The notes under the pieces: model-generated
Told to the model about the DNA's origin: nothing
Databases searched by the model: none
The model's input: only the letters and a program-made list of their open reading frames with translations
Shown: positions 37,345-45,599 of the stretch, piece after piece
How the letters are laid out: each line of letters opens with the position of its first letter
Position numbering within the stretch: the first letter of the stretch is position 1
Assembly (NCBI GenBank): GCA_964414415.1
Contig: CAYPWJ010000001.1
Coordinates: 74,701-138,700, forward strand
DNA length: 64,000 bases
Reading direction: 5' to 3'
From: an uncultured Thermoplasmatales archaeon
GTDB taxonomy: Archaea > Thermoplasmatota > E2 > UBA202 > DSCA01
Translations under genes and position numbers: made by a program

Positions 37345-37355
37345 ATCATATATAG
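37345..37355 (+). promoter_or_regulatory. TATA box (ATCATATATAG) about 25 nt upstream of the PrsW gene ATG
   Basis: Position. Confidence 0.4.
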
Positions 37356-37374
37356 CCTCGCTGGATATGTCTCC

Positions 37375-38073
37375 ATGACGCTGCAATGGGTCATCCTCAT
37401 CGTGCTGGCGTTTCTCCCGCCGCTGCTCTACATGGTATGGATCCGGGACACCGAGCGCTACCACCGGGAGCCCTGGCTGCCCGTCCTCTTCTGCTTCGCC
37501 TGGGGCGCCACCATCGCCATCGTTGCGTCGCTCTTCCTCGAGCAGATCCTCGGCATATCGCTGGCTGCCTCGCTCGGCGACACCTCGGCGTACGCGTTTG
37601 CGATGACGGTCGTCGTCGCGCCTGTCGTGGAGGAGTTCACCAAGCCGCTGGCGCTGCGCTTCAGGATCGTCCGGCGTGAGCTCGACGAGATCGAGGACGG
37701 CTTCATCTACGGTGCCGCCGCGGGCCTGGGTTTCTCCGCCACTGAGAACCTGTTCTACGAGGTCAGCTTCCTCGACCGGGGCATCGTCGTCTTCGTCGCG
37801 CTCGTGCTGCTCCGGACCGTCGGCGCCTGCCTGCTCCATGCGTCGGCGACGTCGCTCACGGGCTACGGCTACGGCCGCTCGCTGCTCCGCCGCGGCGGCT
37901 CCGTGCTCCCCTACTTCGGGCTGGCTATCCTGGCGCATGCTGTCTACAACTTCACGGTCTCCTTCCAGGTCGCCGGCGTCGCTGTCGGCGTGGCTCTCGC
38001 CCTGCTGTTTTCGCTGTTCGCCATCCGATGGGTCCGCGGCAGAATCAAGGCGTTCGACCGTCGGCATCCCTAA
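37375..38073 (+). CDS. PrsW-family intramembrane metalloprotease
   Basis: 232 aa, polytopic. Motifs EEFTKP, FSATENLFY and HAVYNF, typical of PrsW/CPBP proteases. Confidence 0.7.
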   Translation: MTLQWVILIVLAFLPPLLYMVWIRDTERYHREPWLPVLFCFAWGATIAIVASLFLEQILGISLAASLGDTSAYAFAMTVVVAPVVEEFTKPLALRFRIVRRELDEIEDGFIYGAAAGLGFSATENLFYEVSFLDRGIVVFVALVLLRTVGACLLHASATSLTGYGYGRSLLRRGGSVLPYFGLAILAHAVYNFTVSFQVAGVAVGVALALLFSLFAIRWVRGRIKAFDRRHP

Positions 38074-38762
38074 AAGGGCATGATGGAGAGCGCTCCGAGG
38101 AACAGGACGACGCTCACCGCCAGGAGGCCGCCCCAGATGTCCTTCCGCCACCGGAACACCTTGCGGCCGTCCAGCGGGCCGAAGGGCAGCAGGTTGAACA
38201 CTGCCAGGAAGGCGTTGATAGCCGCGATGAACAGCGCCGCTGCCCCGACGATGCCGCCGACGACGAGCCAGAGGGACATGAACGCCAGCGCGATGACCAC
38301 GTTGGTCGCCGGACCGGCCACCGATATACGGCCGCTTTCCTCGCGGCTCGGGCGACCAAAAATCTGGACGGCGCCCGGAGCGGCGAAGACGATGCCGACG
38401 GCGACGCCCAGCACCAGCGCGAACAGCAGCCCCTGTGGATACATCCGGAATTCGGACCAGTAGCCGTACCGCTGCCCCATGTACTTGTGCGCCAGCTCGT
38501 GGCAGAAAAACGCCGTCGCAATCGCCAGGAACGACAGCGGCAGATTTGTCACTACTTCGTTCAGGTGAGACAGCGGAGGATTCGGCCCGAACGCGAACGC
38601 GAACGCGACGGTCAACACCGCCATCGCGATGCCGATGTGCAGGAGCTCCCGCCGGCTGAACGAGATACCCGGCCTGCGCTGCCTGACGCCGCTGCTGCCC
38701 CCGGTCGGGATGTCGTGAAACGAGTAGTAGACCCGTCGGTCGTCCATGCAGGGCCAAACCAC
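38070..38762 (-). CDS. Site-2 protease (peptidase M50) family zinc metalloprotease
   Basis: 230 aa. HELAH in a TM helix plus a downstream LPFGPLDG motif. Convergent 4-nt overlap with the PrsW gene. Confidence 0.7.
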   Translation of the reverse strand: MVWPCMDDRRVYYSFHDIPTGGSSGVRQRRPGISFSRRELLHIGIAMAVLTVAFAFAFGPNPPLSHLNEVVTNLPLSFLAIATAFFCHELAHKYMGQRYGYWSEFRMYPQGLLFALVLGVAVGIVFAAPGAVQIFGRPSREESGRISVAGPATNVVIALAFMSLWLVVGGIVGAAALFIAAINAFLAVFNLLPFGPLDGRKVFRWRKDIWGGLLAVSVVLFLGALSIMPF

Positions 38763-38806
38763 CGGTGTTTATCAATGTTTGCGTGCCGTCACGGGGCTGC
38801 ATGACG

Positions 38807-39634
38807 CTACGACGATGCCTCATCTCCCGCGGCTGTCACCGCGTTCTCCAGCATGCAGGCGATGGTGACCGGGCCGACGCCGCCCGGCACCGGCGTAACC
38901 GTCGCCGCGGTGTCGCGCATCGACGCCATGTCGACGTCGCCATGGACGCCGTCCTCATCGCTGACGATGGCCACGTCGACGACCACGGCGTCCTCCCTGA
39001 CGTGCCCGGCGGTTATCAGCCCCTGGACGCCGGCGCCCGTGACGACGACGTCTGCCTTCGTGGTGTATGCAGCCACGTCGTCGGTGTAGACGTGGCAGAC
39101 CGACACCGTCGCGTCGCGATTCAAGAGCATGTCCGCCAGCGGCTTCCCGACGATGTCGCTGTGGTTGACAACCGCGATGTCGGTGCCCTCCAGCGCTACC
39201 TCCTCATGCTCCAGGATACGGATGACCGCCCTGGGGGTGCAGGGCGCCAGCCGCTCGATGCCCAGCTGCGTCCGCCCGAGGTTGCAGGGATGGACACCTT
39301 CGACGTCTTTCCCCGGGTCGATCCGTTCCACGAGCGCCTGATAATCGATGCCGGGCAACGGGAGCTGCACCATGACGCCGTCGACGCCGTCGTTTGCATT
39401 CAGCGCGTCCACCGCCGCGGCCAGGTCGTCCATCGAGGCGTTGCGGGGAAACGTCATCGTCTCTGCCTCGATGCCCACCCGCTCGCAGGCCTGCTCCTTC
39501 AGCCGTGCATAGAGCGCCGATTCCTTGCTGCCCTCCATCATGATGGTAGCGACGTGGATGTCTCTCCCGGCGGCTCGCTCGCGCACCGATGCCTCCATCT
39601 CGGCGGCGATGGCTCTCCCGTCAACGATGTGCAT
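38807..39634 (-). CDS. folD: Bifunctional 5,10-methylene-tetrahydrofolate dehydrogenase/cyclohydrolase
   Basis: 275 aa. Motifs ...VQLPLP..., GHVREDAVVVDVA and PGGVGPVT(IA)ML. Confidence 0.85.
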   Translation of the reverse strand: MHIVDGRAIAAEMEASVRERAAGRDIHVATIMMEGSKESALYARLKEQACERVGIEAETMTFPRNASMDDLAAAVDALNANDGVDGVMVQLPLPGIDYQALVERIDPGKDVEGVHPCNLGRTQLGIERLAPCTPRAVIRILEHEEVALEGTDIAVVNHSDIVGKPLADMLLNRDATVSVCHVYTDDVAAYTTKADVVVTGAGVQGLITAGHVREDAVVVDVAIVSDEDGVHGDVDMASMRDTAATVTPVPGGVGPVTIACMLENAVTAAGDEASS

Positions 39635-39684
39635 AGCTCGAAAACCAGCGGCGGTAAAAAAAGGTTGCCCGGTTCAGGCGTGGT

Positions 39685-39840
39685 TCAGGCGTAGATGTGC
39701 AGCGCGGTGACGACCACGGCGGTGCCGATGCCCATGGCGATGACCAGCCGCGGATCGATCTTCATCCCGGTTTTTTCTTCGTCGAAATAGCGGACGAGGC
39801 CGGCTGCCGACTGGAAACCGCTTCCTTCTTTCTTCGCCAT
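39685..39840 (-). CDS. secG: Preprotein translocase subunit Sec61beta (archaeal SecG)
   Basis: 51 aa: MAKKEGSGFQSAAGLVRYFDEEKTGMKIDPRLVIAMGIGTAVVVTALHIYA, the archaeal Sec61beta signature (GxQSSAGLxRYFDEE plus a C-terminal TM). Below the track cut-off. The + strand ORF 39697..40188 is its antisense shadow. Confidence 0.75.
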   Translation of the reverse strand: MAKKEGSGFQSAAGLVRYFDEEKTGMKIDPRLVIAMGIGTAVVVTALHIYA

Positions 39841-39864
39841 ATCCAGGCAATATCCTCCCGTTAT

Positions 39865-40617
39865 TTAATTGTTGTGCTCCGCCTCGTCGACCGGCCGTGC
39901 AGGGACGCCGACGTAGGTTCTCCCCGCCGTGAGCACCTGGTCCTCCAGCACCAGCGCATGCAGCCCCACCGTCACGTTATCCTCGATGACCGCGCCGGGC
40001 ATGATGACCGCATTGGCGCCGATGAGGCAGTTGTCGCCGATCCTGACGGGCTTCACCCGCAGCCTGTCCTCCGTCACGTGCCCCAGGATCCAGGAATGTC
40101 CGCCGATCAACGTGTTCTCCCCTATCTCGGCCATGTAGGGGTCATGGATGAGCTCGCTGCCCGCCAGCACGCTGCTCCGCCCCATTGACAGGCCGGCCAG
40201 CCTGACCAGCCTGGTGCGCAGCGGCACCAGCGGCAGCAGGCTGACGATGCGCAACGCCGGCCGATACAGCACAAAGAACAGGAGATACCGGAAGAACTGC
40301 CCGTCGCGTATCGACACCTCGTGTTCACCCGGAGCCACCCGCAGCCGCATCGCCCGGATGAACAGCGCCGGCATCAGGGTCTCCATCACGATTAACAGCA
40401 GTGTCTCCAGCACCAGGGCAAACGTGAACGCGGTCAGATGGACGAGGCTGCCGAAGTCAACGAGACGGATGACAAACACAAGCGATATCACGGTGGGCAG
40501 CGCCCCGAGGGTCAACGCCAGCACCGGTGTAGCGACGAGGAGAAATGCCCGGCCGATCGATGTCAGGGAGAAATCATATGTCTCGAACCGGATGTCGGAG
40601 CCCCTGTCACCCGTCAT
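39865..40617 (-). CDS. Membrane-anchored hexapeptide-repeat (left-handed beta-helix) acyl/acetyltransferase
   Basis: 250 aa. About 4 N-terminal TM helices, then LbH repeats (IGENTLIGGHSWILGHV...IGDNCLIGANAVIMPGAVIEDNVTVG). Confidence 0.7.
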   Translation of the reverse strand: MTGDRGSDIRFETYDFSLTSIGRAFLLVATPVLALTLGALPTVISLVFVIRLVDFGSLVHLTAFTFALVLETLLLIVMETLMPALFIRAMRLRVAPGEHEVSIRDGQFFRYLLFFVLYRPALRIVSLLPLVPLRTRLVRLAGLSMGRSSVLAGSELIHDPYMAEIGENTLIGGHSWILGHVTEDRLRVKPVRIGDNCLIGANAVIMPGAVIEDNVTVGLHALVLEDQVLTAGRTYVGVPARPVDEAEHNN

Positions 40618-40657
40618 GTCGCCCCTAAACAGACAGCGATATTAGAATGCTTTGCCT

Positions 40658-41806
40658 TCAGGGTTCGTAGCCCCACCGGTCGATGGTAGCGTGGAAATGA
40701 TTGGATATCCGGGCCTGGAGTTCCTCGTCGACCTCGTAGCTGTGCGAGAGATCCGACTGTGTCGCCAGGTAGCCGCGGATGTCGTCCTCCGCCGCGGCGA
40801 AGCCCGGCAGGTCCAGCTCCTCGTAGATATGCGTGGTGACCGACAGCGGCCGGTCGACGAGCTCTTCGAAGCGTATCTCGACGAGGTTGCCGTCAGGGAT
40901 GAGCTCCCGCTCTTCGTGGTATTTCTCATACATCCGCCGGTACAGGGATACCATCCAGCGCTCCAGCGTCGACCATTCGGGCGGTCGCTGCACGCAGTAG
41001 AGCGTCATCTCGGTCTCGATGTTCCGCTTCATCGACAGGTACACGTGATACGGGTTCCGGTATATGTGCACGAACTTGGCGTCGGGAAACATGTCGAGCA
41101 GCAGCCGTATCCGTGCCGTGTTCGCCGGGTTTTTGACGACCAGCCGCCGGCCGCCGCTGGCCACCGTCACCTTCTGCAGGAAATAGCGGTACATCTGCTT
41201 CCATTCCTTCACCGTATGGGGCGGGACGTCCTCCATGCAGACGTAGCGGTGGTAGCGCTCCATGTTTCGGGGGAAACACCAGCCGTTGTAGAAGGCATAC
41301 GGGGAGAGATTGCCCATAGCGTATTCTTCCTCCTGCGGCAGGTCAGCGCCGAGGTCGACGTTGTCCTCCGGCCGCGTGTCGGGGAGCGACGCCTCGACGA
41401 TGGGCTTGACCAGCCGTTCGAACCTGAGAAACAGGCCGGGGGTAACCGTCTGGAACGTGGTGGGGTAGCCGAACTGCTCGTCATGTGCGAGAATGTTGTG
41501 GAGAAACGTGGTGCCGCTCCGCCAGTGACCGACGATGAACACGGGCTTCCTGACCGCCGTGCTCGCTATCTCGTCGTCATGCCGCCGTCTCTCGAGCAGA
41601 TTCAGCGGGCTCATCATGAGGCTCATCGCCACCGAGTACAGCGTACGCGGCACGCCGACTCCGTCGATGCGAAAGCGGTTCTGGACGAGCAGCCGCAGCA
41701 GGTTGGTGAACGTCGAGCCGGCGAGCGGTGTGAACGTCACCTCGAACGGCTGTATATCCATCACGTCATCTAACCCGTTATCTGACTGATCTGCAGCTTC
41801 GACCAT
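40658..41806 (-). CDS. Sulfotransferase-family protein (P-loop PAPS-binding type)
   Basis: 382 aa. 5'-PSB loop VGHWRSGTTFLHNIL. 3'-PB region RNPYHVYLS. Directly upstream of the LbH acyltransferase on the same strand. Confidence 0.7.
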   Translation of the reverse strand: MVEAADQSDNGLDDVMDIQPFEVTFTPLAGSTFTNLLRLLVQNRFRIDGVGVPRTLYSVAMSLMMSPLNLLERRRHDDEIASTAVRKPVFIVGHWRSGTTFLHNILAHDEQFGYPTTFQTVTPGLFLRFERLVKPIVEASLPDTRPEDNVDLGADLPQEEEYAMGNLSPYAFYNGWCFPRNMERYHRYVCMEDVPPHTVKEWKQMYRYFLQKVTVASGGRRLVVKNPANTARIRLLLDMFPDAKFVHIYRNPYHVYLSMKRNIETEMTLYCVQRPPEWSTLERWMVSLYRRMYEKYHEERELIPDGNLVEIRFEELVDRPLSVTTHIYEELDLPGFAAAEDDIRGYLATQSDLSHSYEVDEELQARISNHFHATIDRWGYEP

Positions 41807-41923
41807 GGTATATGTCCATCACTCCAATGCCGGCCGCCATATGAAGCTTATCCCCGCCGTGGCGCACATGCTGCCTCCTGGAACGGGCAAAATGTTTTAT
41901 GGCCATCCACCATTTCCTGCACC

Positions 41924-43081
41924 ATGAAAGCCGTTGTACTGGGCGGGGCGGGCGTCGTCGGCAGCTACGTCGTCCAGCGCCTGTCCCAGACCGACACCTT
42001 TTCCAGCATCAGGGTCGCCGACCTCAACGAGCAGCGCGCCAAAGATATCAGCCAGGAGAGCGACAGGGTTGAATGGATGCAGCTCGACGTCACCGACCGG
42101 CAGAGCCTGCAGGACAGCCTGCAGGACGCCGACGTAGCGGTCAACTGCGTCGGTCCCTTCTACAGATACGCCCCCGCCATCATCGAGGCGGCCATCGAGG
42201 CCGGCGTCGACTATGTCGACGTCTGCGACGACTACGATACCACCGAGACGGTCATAGACGACCTGCACCAGCAGGCCAGCGATGCCGGCGTGACCTGCAT
42301 CGTCGGCCTTGGTGCCAGTCCCGGCCTCACCAACGTCATCGCCGCGTATGCAGCCCGGCAGCTCGACAGCGTCAGCGACGTCGCCGTCTACGTCACCCGG
42401 GGCATCGGCGAACAGGCAGGGGCGGCTATCCCGTACCACATGCTCCACTGCTGGCTCGGCGAGGTCCCCGTCTACCGGGGCGGGCAGCGCCGAACGGCAC
42501 GAGGACTGGTCGACGGCGAACGATACGTCACGTTCCCGCAGCCGTTCGGACAGGCACCCGTCTACTACTTCGGGCACCCGGAGACCGTGACCATCCCGCG
42601 CTACATAAAGGGCGTCCAGAACGCCTCCTGCATGGGCACGTTTTTCCCGCCTGACTTCCGGGAGGCGCTCCTCCAGGCGCAGTCACTCGGCCTGCTCTCA
42701 GGCACGCCGATCGAGGTGCAGGGCCACGACATCGCCCCGCGTGACTTCATGGCCTCGTATGTCTCATCGCTCGGCGGCGCCATGCTCAGGCAACATACGG
42801 ACATCCCGTCCGGCGGCGCGGTCATGGTCGAAGTCGCCGGCACCACGAATGGTGAGCCGCAGCGGTATCGCTTCGCAGGCACCTCTCACATGCGCGAGGG
42901 CACCGCCACCCCTGCAGCGCTCGGGGCAACGATGCTCGCCGCGGGTGACATCAGCTCGCCGGGCGTCCAGTCGCCGGAGGCATGTGTCCCCCCGCAGCGC
43001 TTTCTCAACCGGATGATGCAGCAGCAGGTGTTCGGCGACATCTGGATGACGACCACCGAAAAAATCACCGGGCAACTCTAG
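41924..43081 (+). CDS. Saccharopine dehydrogenase-family NAD(P)-dependent oxidoreductase (saccharopine DH / carboxynorspermidine DH-like)
   Basis: 385 aa. N-terminal Rossmann motif VVLGGAGVVGSYV. Sacchrp_dh-type C-terminal domain. Confidence 0.7.
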   Translation: MKAVVLGGAGVVGSYVVQRLSQTDTFSSIRVADLNEQRAKDISQESDRVEWMQLDVTDRQSLQDSLQDADVAVNCVGPFYRYAPAIIEAAIEAGVDYVDVCDDYDTTETVIDDLHQQASDAGVTCIVGLGASPGLTNVIAAYAARQLDSVSDVAVYVTRGIGEQAGAAIPYHMLHCWLGEVPVYRGGQRRTARGLVDGERYVTFPQPFGQAPVYYFGHPETVTIPRYIKGVQNASCMGTFFPPDFREALLQAQSLGLLSGTPIEVQGHDIAPRDFMASYVSSLGGAMLRQHTDIPSGGAVMVEVAGTTNGEPQRYRFAGTSHMREGTATPAALGATMLAAGDISSPGVQSPEACVPPQRFLNRMMQQQVFGDIWMTTTEKITGQL

Positions 43082-43104
43082 CCGCTCACTGCAGGGCCGA
43101 CGGT

Positions 43105-43995
43105 TCAATCATCGGCACGCCGGCGGGCCAGCCCGACAACGTCTTCCACGTGGTCGTAGCCGTGCTCCGCCAGCCAGCGGTGCAGATCCCGGCAGATATC
43201 CTTGAAGACAGCCACGCCGCCGTAGCGCAGGCTGCTGCCGATCTGGACCGCCGAGGCGCCCGCCATCAGGTACTCCACGACGTCTTCAGCGCCGTTTACG
43301 CCGCCGACGCCGACGACGGGCACGTCCAGCGTGCCGGCGAGCTCCCAGACGCAGCGGACGCCGACCGGCCGGATGGCCGGGCCGGAGAGCCCCCCTGTCA
43401 CGTTCGCCAGGACCGGCATCGCCACGTCGACGTCGATGCGCATCGCCTTCAGGGTGTTGACGGCCACCAGGGCGTCAGCGCCGCCCTGCACCGCTGCCTC
43501 GCCACGCTCCAGGACGCCGTCGGCGCCGAGCTTCACCCAGACCGGCACCTCGACCGCATCCTTCACCGCGCGGACCACGGCCGGGATGCGGCGAGTGGGC
43601 ACCCCGGCGCCATACGAACCGGCATGTGGACAGCTCATGTTGAGCTCGAGCGCCGCCACCTCCGGTGCCATTGCCTCCGCCACGGCGGCGAACTCCTCGC
43701 TGCTCCGCCCGAAGATGCTGCCCACCACGACGTCCACGTCAGCCGCTCTGAGCTCCTCGAGGTAGCACTCGACGCCCGGGTTGGGCAGCCCCATCGCGTT
43801 GAGGACGCCGTGCTCGAGTTCCACCACGCTGGGGTTGCCGTAGCCCGTGCGCTCCTCGAGGCCAACGGACTTGGTGACGACGGCTCCGGCGGCACGGCAG
43901 CGTTCCATGCTGCCCGCGGTCATGTCGAGCACTCCAGAGGCGAGCATCAACGGGGTCTCCAGACGCAGGGAGCCGACCGACGTTGCCAGACACAT
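43105..43995 (-). CDS. pyrD: Dihydroorotate dehydrogenase catalytic subunit (class 1)
   Basis: Start at MCLATSVG (M85 of the track ORF). Motifs ...NMSCPHAG... and GGVNGAEDVVEYLMAGASAVQIGS. Minus-strand TATA 44017-44025 about 25 nt upstream. Confidence 0.8.
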   Translation of the reverse strand: MCLATSVGSLRLETPLMLASGVLDMTAGSMERCRAAGAVVTKSVGLEERTGYGNPSVVELEHGVLNAMGLPNPGVECYLEELRAADVDVVVGSIFGRSSEEFAAVAEAMAPEVAALELNMSCPHAGSYGAGVPTRRIPAVVRAVKDAVEVPVWVKLGADGVLERGEAAVQGGADALVAVNTLKAMRIDVDVAMPVLANVTGGLSGPAIRPVGVRCVWELAGTLDVPVVGVGGVNGAEDVVEYLMAGASAVQIGSSLRYGGVAVFKDICRDLHRWLAEHGYDHVEDVVGLARRRADD

Positions 43996-43997
43996 AG

Positions 43998-44006
43998 TTT
44001 TTAAAT
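43998..44006 (+). promoter_or_regulatory. TATA box (TTTTTAAAT) for nop5. A second TATA (TATTTAAAA, 44017-44025) serves divergent pyrD. Back-to-back leaderless promoters in a 31-bp intergenic gap.
   Basis: Each box lies 25-27 nt upstream of its ATG. Confidence 0.45.
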
Positions 44007-44026
44007 GCAGGACCGTATTTAAAACA

Positions 44027-44989
44027 ATGCCGAAATACGTGAAGACCACCTGGTTTGGTACCTTCCTATACGACGAGGAGGGCATCATCGAGGCGACGTT
44101 GTTCCCCGCCGACGTTGACGCAATCGCCGACCGGCTGCAGCGGATACGCGCCGGTGAGATACTCGACGAGGAACGCGCCCTCAAGGAGCACGACCCTGCA
44201 ACGGACGAACGACGACTTCGCTCACTTTTTGCATACCGCGATGACATCCCCGGCCTCGATGTTACCCCGGGCGAGCACGGTTATGACACCGACCTGCTCC
44301 GCCAGGCGTCCATCAGGCTTGCAGAGCGGCAGATGCAGCAGGAGCGGCGGCAGCGGAGCACCCGCATCGCCGAGGCTGTCACGGCGCTCGACGACCTCCT
44401 CAAAACCCGCAACATCCTCATGGAGCACATCGAGGACTGGCACGGCTACTTCACCGGCAACGTTGACAGGGGCGAAAACCTGCCCCGCCATGTCATCGAG
44501 GAGTGGCAGATGACCGGCAGCGGTGAGCTCGACCGCCAGGAGGAGGCATCTCTCGTCGCGCTGGCCAGGGTAGCAGCAGATATGCAGGAGGCCAGGGAGA
44601 CACTGGAGACCTACGTCAGCAATGCTATGCAGCAGATGGCGCCCAACGTCAGCGCCTTGGTGGGCGAGACCATCGCCGCTCGCCTCATCGCCGCTGCCGG
44701 GTCGCTGCAGCGGCTCGCCGAGCTGCCGGCTGGGACCATCCAGGTGCTCGGTGCAGAAAAAGCCCTGTTCCAGCATCTCCGCAAGGGGACGCCGCCCCCG
44801 AAGCACGGCATCATCTTCCAGCATGAATGGGTCAACACGGCACCCAAGAAGAAGCGGGGGAAGATAGCGCGGAGCTTTGCCGCCAAGATAGCTATCGCCG
44901 CACGGGCGGATGCCTTCACCGGCCGTGACATTGCCGGGCAGCTCCGCGAGGAGATGGAGGACCGGCTGAAGGAGATACGCCGGCGGTGA
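44027..44989 (+). CDS. nop5: C/D box sRNP protein Nop5 (Nop56/58 homologue)
   Basis: Start at MPKYVKTTWFG (M61 of the track ORF). C-terminal NOP domain (NVSALVGETIAARLIAAAGSLQRLAELPAGTIQVLGAEKALFQHL...PKHGIIFQH). Confidence 0.8.
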   Translation: MPKYVKTTWFGTFLYDEEGIIEATLFPADVDAIADRLQRIRAGEILDEERALKEHDPATDERRLRSLFAYRDDIPGLDVTPGEHGYDTDLLRQASIRLAERQMQQERRQRSTRIAEAVTALDDLLKTRNILMEHIEDWHGYFTGNVDRGENLPRHVIEEWQMTGSGELDRQEEASLVALARVAADMQEARETLETYVSNAMQQMAPNVSALVGETIAARLIAAAGSLQRLAELPAGTIQVLGAEKALFQHLRKGTPPPKHGIIFQHEWVNTAPKKKRGKIARSFAAKIAIAARADAFTGRDIAGQLREEMEDRLKEIRRR

Positions 44990-45004
44990 ACCAGCGCCGA
45001 TCTA

Positions 45005-45454
45005 TCACGGGAAGCCGTAGGGAAGAGACGGCACCATCTGCGGGGTCACCACCAGCCCGACGACGAGCGCGCCGGCGACCAGCAGGCCGACCCGCAGGTA
45101 TCGGTCGAGCTCCTCGTTGACCAGGGAGCCGAGGAACAGCGTGCCGCCGAGCACGAGGCCGCCGAGGTTGTAGAGGACCAGCCCGGCCTTGAGGACACCG
45201 CTGCCCCCGGCGACGTTGCAGACGACCGCGCCGAGGAAGACGACGAGGAGACCGACACCGACCGCCAGCGTCATCATCTTTTTTGAGAACAGGCTGGAGA
45301 TGTCGACGTTCGTCGACGGGCCGGTGACGGGATGCTCCGATGACGCACCATCGTTGGCTGTCGCTTCTCCGGCGAGTGCGCCGCCGCATTCAGGACAAAA
45401 CTGCATGTCCTCCTCGATGTCTGCTCCGCATTCAGGGCAGTACATGGTCATCAA
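45005..45454 (-). CDS. Zinc-ribbon membrane protein (hypothetical)
   Basis: N-terminal CPECG...CPECG ribbon followed by 3 TM helices. Confidence 0.5.
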   Translation of the reverse strand: MMTMYCPECGADIEEDMQFCPECGGALAGEATANDGASSEHPVTGPSTNVDISSLFSKKMMTLAVGVGLLVVFLGAVVCNVAGGSGVLKAGLVLYNLGGLVLGGTLFLGSLVNEELDRYLRVGLLVAGALVVGLVVTPQMVPSLPYGFP

Positions 45455-45599
45455 AATAGGCTGCTTCTTAAAAAATATTTATATTTCTTTTACCAGCCGG
45501 GGTCAGTTAAATATAATTACATCGCGACAGTGTACAAAAGAGAAAGACTCCCCAAGGTATTTAATAGGCGAACGGATTAATAGATACGAGTTGGGAAGC

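Noticed and set aside
45189-45599. Upstream 137-codon extension of the aminotransferase ORF in the track
   Set aside because: It runs through an AT-rich promoter-like region and encodes low-complexity sequence. The ATG at 45600, after the TATA-like element, is the plausible start.
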